DNA of 47,494 nt from Candidatus Desulfatibia sp. (GCF_036446775.1 NZ_JAZFTO010000315.1:1-47494); one strand, 5' to 3'. Counted from the stretch's first letter, positions 34,249 to 42,680 are shown. Program-made: numbers and translations. The notes: a model not told the origin generated them from the sequence alone.

Positions 34249-35415
34249 TCAGAATATAAACGCCCGGTACAAATCGTTACTTACTAAGCTGATAATCTCC
34301 GCAGCCCTTCTGAAGTAACCTGATCTTTTGCCGGACCATGATTTATCTTGGATTATCTGAGCCATTACCTCGTCTTTGGGAAAAACAGTCTCTTTGATAA
34401 ATTTGAGTTTATTACCTGTTCCCTCTAAATTGCAAAGCCACAAGAGATAACAAAGTTCTTCCGAAGAAAAACCCCGGATCTTCAAACGCAGGATATGTTT
34501 TTCCAGGATGCTCAGCCTGTTGATTCCCAGCTCCTGCTTGACCTGCAAGGGTACTTGCAGGTCAAAAATTCTCTCCACCAAAATCAGGGCATAAAGTACA
34601 ATTCTCTCCTGTTGCCAGAATCGGGCTCGTTCTACGACTTCTCCCCATCCGCCGGGGATGCCGGCTAATTCCAGCAGGCATTCATGCAGATCCACCAGCC
34701 AGATCAGCCGGGAATAGCTGTGCTTCAGGGCATGAGCGGCCAAAGCTACAACATTGTCAAAAGGGTCCGGAAGTAAGAGACTATCCTGTTGCTCAAAGAA
34801 GGGTACGGCCCTTTCCCACATGGGGGTAAGGTCGGCCGGAAAGATATACCGCCTATTATGAATGCGGTCCAGATTCAAGATATGGATGTGAATGTCAACT
34901 ATAAAATCACCCTTGTAAAGGATATCCGGATAGGCGGGATTGGTCGCATAGTAACCGGCTTGCCCTAACAATTGTTTAAAACCTTCTTTATGGTCCGGTT
35001 TGACCATAAAGTCCGCATCACCCAGAGGCCTGAGCCCTATGTCGCCGTACATTCTGGTAAGGGCTAAGCCCTGCAGGGCCATAACCGTAAATCCGGCCTG
35101 TTCCAGCTTGTCCGCAAGTGCCCTGGCGTTGGCAATAACTGCCAGGGTATATTCTTTGGTCTGATTATATCTGTTTTCGAGACGTTTTAAGGCCGTTTTC
35201 GAAACAGCATCACAGAGGTCCAGATCTCTCAGGTGGTAATAAAAAAATCCGGCAACCCCGTCCAGTTCCGCCAGCGCCGCTAAATTGTCCCAGGGAACAT
35301 CCTGCTTAACAAAGTGCCGCACATAATCCTTCTCAGCCCGCTTAAGATGCCGCCTCGATACGCAGCGAATAAATTTAACAATCTCCCACCAGCCTACCAT
35401 CATATATCCTCTCAA
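34249..35415 (-). CDS. Uncharacterised nucleotidyltransferase family protein (NTP_transf_5-like)
   Basis: 388 aa. GLRPLGDADFMVKPDH (G..D.D nucleotidyltransferase-type motif) and AAHALKHSYSRLIWLVDL helical domain. This family commonly accompanies HprK-like and PqqD genes. Confidence 0.65.
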   Translation of the reverse strand: MRGYMMVGWWEIVKFIRCVSRRHLKRAEKDYVRHFVKQDVPWDNLAALAELDGVAGFFYYHLRDLDLCDAVSKTALKRLENRYNQTKEYTLAVIANARALADKLEQAGFTVMALQGLALTRMYGDIGLRPLGDADFMVKPDHKEGFKQLLGQAGYYATNPAYPDILYKGDFIVDIHIHILNLDRIHNRRYIFPADLTPMWERAVPFFEQQDSLLLPDPFDNVVALAAHALKHSYSRLIWLVDLHECLLELAGIPGGWGEVVERARFWQQERIVLYALILVERIFDLQVPLQVKQELGINRLSILEKHILRLKIRGFSSEELCYLLWLCNLEGTGNKLKFIKETVFPKDEVMAQIIQDKSWSGKRSGYFRRAAEIISLVSNDLYRAFIF

Positions 35416-35433
35416 AAAGTGAGACCTTTGATC

Positions 35434-36528
35434 TTAGCCGGGAAGTCGTCCTCCTGCTTTTAAAAACCGTTTTAGACAGGCATCGGGACTTGGATGATTT
35501 TCATTTCCCAGAATCAAATATGCCAGGGCCGGACAGTTCCCCGTACAATAGTCGATATATTCGCAGCCTTTGCAAAATTCAAAATCGCTCAAAGGAATAT
35601 TGTAGCGTCCTCTCAATCGCTTAAGCTCCGGATGTTTTTGCCAAACCGTTTTGAGATCATCCCGATTGATGCGCCCCAATTCAATATGGCTCATCTGAAT
35701 GCACGGCACCAGTACTCCGTCAGCCCGCACGGCCATCGTATTCATCGGTCCGCCGCAAGCTGAAAGATATCCTCCCTCAAAGTCATCTTTTTCTCCGGTC
35801 CGCCGGGCCTCTTCCATCATATTCCAACTACCGGCCTCGGCTAAGGGGCCTGCGGTGGCGCTGATTCTTCCGTTGTATTTTTCACTTAAGTTTAAAAGCT
35901 CCTCCATCGCCATACTACGCTCTTCAACCGTAAGTTGGACCTGTTCGGCATTCCGGCGGCAAAGTCCCATATATGACGCCGCATTGGTAGAAAAATCATC
36001 AAGTCCGATATCTTCCAGCAGCAGACGGGCAATTCTATCCAACTCTCTGACATTTTTTCTGTGAATGGTAACCCTTACGGATACAGAGACACCGTGTCTT
36101 TGCAAGCACTTGATGCCCTCGATTGCTTTGAAGAAATTCCCCCGGCCCCGAAAAGCGTCATGGGTCAGCGGTATGGAGCCGTCGATGGAGACTTGAACGC
36201 CGTCGCAGCGCCCGGTCGAAGCTAAAAAAGCGGCCGTTTCATCCGCAATCAACGTGCCGTTACTTAATATATCGAACCGCATCCGGTTGCTGACAATCCC
36301 TGCTACAATTTGCCTCAAATCCTCCCGATAAAAAGGCTCTCCGCCCTGAAGAGTCACATGCAGGACCGCGCATCGATTCAACTCCTCGAAAAACTTGAGC
36401 CATTCTTCAGCGGGCAGGTCCCGGCCCACATCGCCCGCTCCGGAAAAATGGCTGCAATACTTACATCGCAGATTACACCTGTTTGTTATAGCCAGGTCCA
36501 GTGCTCTTGGCGTCTTCATTATCTTCAT
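35434..36528 (-). CDS. Radical SAM / SPASM-domain peptide-modifying enzyme (no. 2)
   Basis: 364 aa. CNLRCKYC (CxxxCxxC), GGEP motif. SPASM motifs CGGPMNTMAVRADGVLVPC (Gx4C) and CKGCEYIDYCTGNC (Cx2Cx5Cx3C) plus a distal Cys (PDAC). Confidence 0.9.
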   Translation of the reverse strand: MKIMKTPRALDLAITNRCNLRCKYCSHFSGAGDVGRDLPAEEWLKFFEELNRCAVLHVTLQGGEPFYREDLRQIVAGIVSNRMRFDILSNGTLIADETAAFLASTGRCDGVQVSIDGSIPLTHDAFRGRGNFFKAIEGIKCLQRHGVSVSVRVTIHRKNVRELDRIARLLLEDIGLDDFSTNAASYMGLCRRNAEQVQLTVEERSMAMEELLNLSEKYNGRISATAGPLAEAGSWNMMEEARRTGEKDDFEGGYLSACGGPMNTMAVRADGVLVPCIQMSHIELGRINRDDLKTVWQKHPELKRLRGRYNIPLSDFEFCKGCEYIDYCTGNCPALAYLILGNENHPSPDACLKRFLKAGGRLPG

Positions 36529-36540
36529 AAAATATTCGGG

Positions 36541-37929
36541 TTAGAATGATGAAAAAGATACTCGCTTGGCCGGTTCAGGACTTGATACTTCCGCCTTTTC
36601 CAGTTGGGGCAGGACCGTAATAATGCCGACCATAAACCAGAAAGGCTCCATAATGCGGACAATTATAAATGTGTTGGCCCCGAGGGCGTGAAACAGAAGA
36701 CCGGTGAGACCGGCCAGAAAACCGATGGTCAGTCCTTGAAGATAAGGAGTTTTAAGTTCCTTTAAATTAATAATTGCTAATTTAAAGATAGAATATAAAA
36801 GATAGATAAATGCCGTTAATCCGATAACACCCGTCTCCACCAGCACCCTCGGAAACTGCGCATCTAAGAACCTGTATCCGGTAACGCCGTATCCGAACAC
36901 AGGATGTTTGGTCCAGTCACGCAATGCATCTTGCCAGCTCCTTAACCTGGCCGAGGTGGAAGTGTCCAACCTCACATCACCTACAGTAACTTGCTGGCCA
37001 GGATGTTCGCGTTGCGTAAAAGTAAAACTGATTCTCTCTTTAACCGTCGAGGGAAGCAAAAGGGGGCTTAATGCTAAAAAAAGAAGCATTAGGCCGACAA
37101 TTATAACCCTCTTTTCAGACATCAGACCTAAAACCAGGCACGCGGGGATGAACGCCAGATAAGAAGCTCTGGACTGCGTAAAAAGCAAAGGGGGTATAAT
37201 GGCAACTATCAGAACGGCAAGCAACTGCTTTGACAACAATTTTTCAACCTTTGAAAACAATCCTGCGGTAATTGCCCCTATAAATACAAGGTATCCTCCC
37301 ATAGTGTTGGGTTCGCCGACTTCACCTTCAAACGGCGCAGAGACTCTGCCTCCGCCAGGAATCTGCAGCATCCCGATGATCGATACCACAAAACCTGTAA
37401 GCAACAAACATATCAAAAATCGATTTGCCTGCTTCAGGTTTGCAACATGATTGACTATCATAAAAAAGACGATCATGTATTCAAAATATTTTACAACAAA
37501 GAAAAAACCGGTTGTGGGAGATACTCTGCCGGCCATGATGCCGAATCCGGTTGATATAATGCATGCCAACATATAAAAAAGAATGGGCTTATTCAATGGC
37601 GTTTTCAAAACCAGCCCCAGCTCCTTGTGAACCGCGGTTTTGGCAAACCAACTGAAACCGATAACAACCAGCAGAAAGTCTTCCAGCCGCACAGTTACAC
37701 CTCTTCCGAGAGAGGCCCCCTCGGTCGTACCTACCATGATTTCAGGCGACAGCAGCATGGAAAAAATTAAGATATACAAGCCCCACTCTATGTTGATAAA
37801 GGCCACAGCAAAGATTATCAAAGCTATTAGGCCCTGAAATAGTAGGGGGGAATACATATATTGTGATGAAAGAAAGCCCAAAAAAAGGGCAACAGCCAGA
37901 AATGATATGGTCAATAAAAAGGATCGCAC
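36541..37929 (-). CDS. O-antigen ligase / Wzy_C-family polytopic membrane protein
   Basis: About 10-12 predicted TM helices. Wzy_C-type segment LLFTQSRASYLAF and periplasmic loop ...ARLRSWQDALRDWTKHPVFGYGVTGY. The ORF track extends to 38046 and overlaps the upstream gene by 115 nt. I prefer GTG 37929, 2 nt after the upstream stop; ATG 37857 is an alternative. Confidence 0.75.
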   Translation of the reverse strand: MRSFLLTISFLAVALFLGFLSSQYMYSPLLFQGLIALIIFAVAFINIEWGLYILIFSMLLSPEIMVGTTEGASLGRGVTVRLEDFLLVVIGFSWFAKTAVHKELGLVLKTPLNKPILFYMLACIISTGFGIMAGRVSPTTGFFFVVKYFEYMIVFFMIVNHVANLKQANRFLICLLLTGFVVSIIGMLQIPGGGRVSAPFEGEVGEPNTMGGYLVFIGAITAGLFSKVEKLLSKQLLAVLIVAIIPPLLFTQSRASYLAFIPACLVLGLMSEKRVIIVGLMLLFLALSPLLLPSTVKERISFTFTQREHPGQQVTVGDVRLDTSTSARLRSWQDALRDWTKHPVFGYGVTGYRFLDAQFPRVLVETGVIGLTAFIYLLYSIFKLAIINLKELKTPYLQGLTIGFLAGLTGLLFHALGANTFIIVRIMEPFWFMVGIITVLPQLEKAEVSSPEPAKRVSFSSF

Positions 37930-37931
37930 AA

Positions 37932-40220
37932 TTAAAATATATCTTGCCAGAATATTCCTAACACCAGCAAAGCCAGCGTTATGATGAGTACTACTATGGT
38001 CAAGGGTTTTATTTGAAACGCAGGCGGCAAATGTTCTTGAAACCATCTTGTTATGGAACTGCTTTGTTTATCTTCTATATCTTCTTCCGACCCATAATAA
38101 TACTGAGTATGATACTTGAAATAATCAGGACCGGCCTCCGCCTTCACGTTGTTTAAGACGACACCCCATACATTGGCATTGATATTGTCCAGGGTCGTTT
38201 TAGCGCGTTTCAATACCCCCCGGCCAATTTTTCCCACTGTGTAGACCATGACAACACCGTCTACATGCGGTCCGATTTCGGTGGCATCAACTACAGGCAA
38301 AATCGGGGGGGAATCTATAATGATGATATCATAGCTTTGATAAGCCTTCTGTAAAAGTTCAACAAACCGTTTTGAACGTAAGATTTCAGCCGGGTTGGGC
38401 GGTTTTGTTCCGGCAGTGATGATATTAAGGTTGTCCAGCCCCGGGGTTTTCAGAATTTCCTCTAATTCAAAATCTCCCAGCATGATATCTGTAATGGTAT
38501 TTATGATATCTTTATACTGATAGTTTCCCAGAACGCAATCCGTCAAACCGGGTCCTTTTTCCAATCCAAAAATCTTATGGATTACAGGTTTGCGCAAATC
38601 CGCCTCCAACAGCAGTACTCTGCTGCCCGCTTGAGCCATACTGAGCGCCAGGTTGACCGCGTTAAAGGTTTTTCCTTCTCGCACAAAAGAGCTGGTAATC
38701 AGAAACGATTTTCCTTGTTTGTCCAGACTCATAAACTCAATGTTCGATCTGAGAGTGCGGAAGGCTTCCGCGGATAAGGACTTGGGATCATAGTGAGTAA
38801 CCAATTCCCGTTCTCTTCCTGTTTCTAAAACCTGTTGACTATCACGGCTCTTGCCCGTCTCCACTTTCCCCATAAAAGGTATAACTCCCAGGACCGGAAC
38901 CTGTAGTAAATTCTCCACATCCTCTATGGTCCCCATGGAAGTATCAAACACCTCAGCGCCAAAAGCAAAAACAAACCCTACGATCAAACCCATAATAATG
39001 CCCGTAAAGATAATCATCATTTTAGAAGAGACATTGAAAGGAGCCGCAGGCACCAAAGCCGGTTTAACAATGACAACCTCCTCCACTTTGCCAGACTCCT
39101 TAATCAGGGTCTCCTGGTGTTTGGTTTTCAATTGGGAATATAAAGATTCCTGTAGTTGCACCTCTCTTTGCATTCTGACCAGCTTCAGAGCCTTTTCCGG
39201 AAGGCTCCGGCTCTCTTTCCTCAAACGATTCAGCTTTGTTAAAAGATCAGCTTCGCGTTTTGCTAAAATACTTGAAAAGGCCTCAAGCTCTTTTCTTATC
39301 TCAAGAATTATGGCTTGAATCTGATCATTTACCCCGACTACCTGCGGATGCTCTTTAGTAAAGTCAATCAGCAGGGTTTCCCTCTTTAAAAGCAAATCGC
39401 TCAGTTTGACCCTCAATGCATGTATAGGAGAATCTTTGTCCGGGGCAATCAAGGTTCTATTAAATTTTTCCGGAGACAAATCAGTCTTTTCTGCGATCAG
39501 TTTTAATAGCGATACAACTTCATTTTTTTGTTTTTTTGCCTTCTCATGCTCTAATTCAACATCGTACAACCGATTTAACGTATTGCTGGTTTGAGCATCC
39601 ATGGATATCAAGGCATAGCCTTCCTTAAAGGCCCGGAGTTCATCCTCTGCCTGTTGTAGGAGATTTGAGGTCAACTGCAGCTGCTTTTCGATAAAGGCCT
39701 TGGTTTCGAATGTCTTCCTGTTTTTCTCCTGGATATTGTAATTCCTATATGCTCTGGTAACAGCGTTTGCTACAAGTGCCGCTTCCTGGGCATCTCTCGA
39801 TATTACTCTGATATTAATGATATTGGTACCAGGCTCCTGTTCCGCTTTTATTAAAGCCTTCAGACGCTGGACCTTGGCCAAAAGGGATTTGGAATTGCGA
39901 ATCTTTTCAGCGGAAATATTCTTAGGAATCCAATCTAACTCCTTTGCTGTTTGTGACAGTACCGGGAAACTGGTAATAATATAAGCATGCGTAATCAGAT
40001 TTTCCGATTCCTCAAAAAATCCACCCATAAAAAAGTCCGCCATGGTTTTGGTGCGTTCGATTTTAATGGCGGCACTGGCTTCATATAAAGGAACGGGCTC
40101 ATTCAATTTTGCAAAGCCATAGCTGAAGACCCCGGCCAAAAAAGTCAGCAGTACAATAATGGTCTTTCTCTTTCTGATGATCCGCCAGTAATCTCTCAGA
40201 TCGACGTCATATTGAGCCAT
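37932..40220 (-). CDS. Polysaccharide co-polymerase / tyrosine autokinase (second Wzc-like protein) with an extra C-terminal TM segment
   Basis: 762 aa. DLRDYWRIIRKRKTII Wzz-type N-terminus, coiled-coil periplasmic domain. Kinase motifs: Walker A SSFVREGKT, A' LLEADLRKP, B IIIDSPP. Tyr cluster YFKYHTQYYYGSEED, then LTIVVLIITLALLVLGIFW. Confidence 0.85.
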   Translation of the reverse strand: MAQYDVDLRDYWRIIRKRKTIIVLLTFLAGVFSYGFAKLNEPVPLYEASAAIKIERTKTMADFFMGGFFEESENLITHAYIITSFPVLSQTAKELDWIPKNISAEKIRNSKSLLAKVQRLKALIKAEQEPGTNIINIRVISRDAQEAALVANAVTRAYRNYNIQEKNRKTFETKAFIEKQLQLTSNLLQQAEDELRAFKEGYALISMDAQTSNTLNRLYDVELEHEKAKKQKNEVVSLLKLIAEKTDLSPEKFNRTLIAPDKDSPIHALRVKLSDLLLKRETLLIDFTKEHPQVVGVNDQIQAIILEIRKELEAFSSILAKREADLLTKLNRLRKESRSLPEKALKLVRMQREVQLQESLYSQLKTKHQETLIKESGKVEEVVIVKPALVPAAPFNVSSKMMIIFTGIIMGLIVGFVFAFGAEVFDTSMGTIEDVENLLQVPVLGVIPFMGKVETGKSRDSQQVLETGRERELVTHYDPKSLSAEAFRTLRSNIEFMSLDKQGKSFLITSSFVREGKTFNAVNLALSMAQAGSRVLLLEADLRKPVIHKIFGLEKGPGLTDCVLGNYQYKDIINTITDIMLGDFELEEILKTPGLDNLNIITAGTKPPNPAEILRSKRFVELLQKAYQSYDIIIIDSPPILPVVDATEIGPHVDGVVMVYTVGKIGRGVLKRAKTTLDNINANVWGVVLNNVKAEAGPDYFKYHTQYYYGSEEDIEDKQSSSITRWFQEHLPPAFQIKPLTIVVLIITLALLVLGIFWQDIF

Positions 40221-40234
40221 TGCCGAAAACCTTC

Positions 40235-40503
40235 CTAATTGAGCTAAAACTCAATTAGGTGTTATCCGTTATTTGTTATTAGTTATTGGTTTTAAGTGAA
40301 AGATAAACAGAATTATACCCTAATCGAGCCAAAATTCGATTAGGCGTCTGTGGTCAGCTGTCCGTAGTCAGTGGTTTTACAGGTTCTTAGGGCCTCTTTT
40401 TGTGTTTCACCTGTAGTTGAAATATAATCTCGCTTCTTAAAGCTTAGCAACGGACGACGGACAAAGGACAACGGACACCCAATTGAGCGTTATCGCTCAA
40501 TTG
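40235..40503. repeat. Composite structured intergenic element: three AATT-stem hairpins interleaved with heptamer arrays
   Basis: Hairpins: ctaattgag-ctaaaa-ctcaattag (40235-40258), ctaatcga-gccaaaat-tcgattag (40320-40343), caattgagcg-ttat-cgctcaattg (40480-40503). Arrays: gttatcc/gttattt/gttatta/gttattg (40261-40288), gtctgtg/gtcagct/gtccgta/gtcagtg (40346-40373) and the complementary-type acggacg/acggaca/aaggaca/acggaca (40450-40477). Confidence 0.6.
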
Positions 40504-40508
40504 AAATA

Positions 40509-42680
40509 CTATTTTGTCAATATATCAGCAGCACTGTCAAAGCCTTTAATGATGGTAGTAGGCATAAGGATAAGTTCCATAAAGGGCTTAATTCGCTTAA
40601 CAAACAGGTTTGCATCACCGATAAAACTTCGCGGTACAAACACCAGATCTCCGTTTGTCAGGGCAACATTCTGGGTCTGGTCGCCTTCCTCCATAAGTTT
40701 TTTAAGATCAGCAGAAATGACCTCGGGTCTGGTGGGGTCCCCCCTGATAATCTTGGTACTGTCCTCATGCGCGAATACGGTAACGCCCCCGGCCTGTGAA
40801 ACGACATCCAGCAGGCGCATCTCTGAACCGCTAAAAGCATATACGCCCGGCTTGCCCACTTCACCAAAGATATACACCCGATTGTCCTCTTTGGTAATAA
40901 GGGGAATATAAATTACATCACCGCTATCCAGCACCACATCCTGGCCGGTTTCACCCCGTAAAATAGCATTGAACAGGTTCAATTTTAATACCTGCCCTTT
41001 CTTGCGGCGCAAACCTACTTCAGCCAGATTGGCGTCTTGATGCAAGCTAACGTTCTGGGAAAATATTTCCACGATTGTAGTCCGGCCGGTCAGATAGTTT
41101 TTACCTCCGCCGGTTCTGCCAGCCCAGGCCGCTCCCGGCCCTAAAACTGTTACGAATTTGCTTTTATATTCCTTGACTATAACGTCCACCCGGGGATTTC
41201 TTATATACTTGACAAGCCTGCCGGTTATAATATCATCCACCTGCGAGGCGGTAAATCCGTTGACATAAAGATTGTCCACCATGTTAAACGAAATTTTGCC
41301 CGCAGGCCTAACCGTTATTAGTTCTCTGGTCGCAGTAGGTCCTTTCCACAAAGTTATTTCAATAACATCGCCGGGCCCGATTTTATACTCCGGAACCCCG
41401 GATACAGTTGTAAAGACACTGTTTTCTTCAAGTTCGGCAGAAATCGAAGGAAGTTCCGGAGCGGCAACTTTCTGTGCTTGGCGGACTCTCGATGAAACGA
41501 CACCCTTTTCTTTTCCCAGCCAGATTTTGATGCCCTCTCCAAAGCCGGCAGCACAGATATCATCGCGCCCGTCTTTATCTAAATCGGCGATCTCGATTCC
41601 ATAGAAGATACCTTTGGATGGGAACCGCCCTTTGATGGGCGTCCAGGAATCTGATCCTGCGTTTTTCCAGGCCTTGATCCCCTTAGAATTTACGGAACCG
41701 GCCAGAAGATCCATCAGACCGTCTCCATCCAGGTCAACAGCAAGGGCTTGCCAGAAGCTGTCGTTTTCTTCCAGACTCGATGTGCCGATGAAGTCTCCGC
41801 GTCCATCTCCTATAAAAATCTGAACACCTTTTCTGTAAGAGCCGGCTAATAAATCCAGCTTGCCGTCAGCGTTAACGTCTCCAACGCTCAGACCATAAAA
41901 ACTGCCTTTACGTACCGGTAAAGTCGACGACCAGCCCCCGGTACCGTCTCCGAGCCAGACCTTCAAAGCGCCATAGCTGCCCCAGCCGGCTCCCGCCAGG
42001 TCCAAAAACCCGTCTTGATCAAAATCAGCCAACGCTACATCCATGAAAATCCCTGTAACCGTAGGACCCGACTCCATAAGCCAGGCGCCTTTTCCATCTC
42101 CCAGCCAGACCTGAATACCGCCTTGGGTATCCGAGGTCGCATTGGCGGCAATGATATCCATATGTCCATCCCCATTAACATCAGCCGTCTCCACGCCCTC
42201 GTAGTTATTTATTTCGACAGGGTTGATACCTCTGAGCCACCTGCGCTCGGACTGATTCAACCACACCATAATTCCCGAGGCTTCTCTTTGAACGGACAGC
42301 ACGATATCCTTAAGTCCGTCTTCATCGAAATCCGCCACGGCAACGGATCTAACATCCCCTTTGAACGGCAGGTATTGAGGTGCAGACATATTACCGGAGC
42401 CGTCCCCATACCAGATAGCTACAGTCCCGGGGAATGTACTCCCTCCGACGATATCCGGATTACCATCGTTGTCCAGATCAGATACGGCCACCGCCCGGTA
42501 TTTTCCTGATGTGGCCAGGTCGCCGGCTTTGGCCCATTGAGCCGGTTGTTCTTGGCCTATATCTTGAGCACACCCAATAGTTAATATAAGCCCCAGCAAT
42601 CCCACATGAAACAGCAGAATTTTATAAAGGGACCTTCCAGTTTTATTAAAGTTCCTTTTCCACATTTTATAGATATACAA
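40509..42680 (-). CDS. Lipoprotein fusing a seven-repeat FG-GAP/VCBS beta-propeller to a Wza-type polysaccharide export module (Poly_export + SLBB)
   Basis: 723 aa. Signal plus Cys (LGLILTIGCAQD). Seven D-x-(D/N)-x-D-G-x-x-D repeats (DLDNDGNPD, DFDEDGLKD, DVNGDGHMD, DFDQDGFLD, DVNADGKLD, DLDGDGLMD, DLDKDGRDD). Then YKIGPGDVIEITLW (Poly_export signature) and two SLBB-like units (FVTVLG..., VYIFGEVGKPGVY...). Confidence 0.8.
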   Translation of the reverse strand: MYIYKMWKRNFNKTGRSLYKILLFHVGLLGLILTIGCAQDIGQEQPAQWAKAGDLATSGKYRAVAVSDLDNDGNPDIVGGSTFPGTVAIWYGDGSGNMSAPQYLPFKGDVRSVAVADFDEDGLKDIVLSVQREASGIMVWLNQSERRWLRGINPVEINNYEGVETADVNGDGHMDIIAANATSDTQGGIQVWLGDGKGAWLMESGPTVTGIFMDVALADFDQDGFLDLAGAGWGSYGALKVWLGDGTGGWSSTLPVRKGSFYGLSVGDVNADGKLDLLAGSYRKGVQIFIGDGRGDFIGTSSLEENDSFWQALAVDLDGDGLMDLLAGSVNSKGIKAWKNAGSDSWTPIKGRFPSKGIFYGIEIADLDKDGRDDICAAGFGEGIKIWLGKEKGVVSSRVRQAQKVAAPELPSISAELEENSVFTTVSGVPEYKIGPGDVIEITLWKGPTATRELITVRPAGKISFNMVDNLYVNGFTASQVDDIITGRLVKYIRNPRVDVIVKEYKSKFVTVLGPGAAWAGRTGGGKNYLTGRTTIVEIFSQNVSLHQDANLAEVGLRRKKGQVLKLNLFNAILRGETGQDVVLDSGDVIYIPLITKEDNRVYIFGEVGKPGVYAFSGSEMRLLDVVSQAGGVTVFAHEDSTKIIRGDPTRPEVISADLKKLMEEGDQTQNVALTNGDLVFVPRSFIGDANLFVKRIKPFMELILMPTTIIKGFDSAADILTK

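Noticed and set aside
31074-36528. Calling the cluster a lasso-peptide cluster because of the YxxPxL leader, PqqD, HprK-like and nucleotidyltransferase genes
   Set aside because: There is no Asn-synthetase-like cyclase and no transglutaminase-like B2 protease anywhere in the window. The core has no Gly/Ala-1 with Asp/Glu-7/8/9 macrolactam logic. Two SPASM enzymes point to radical chemistry instead.
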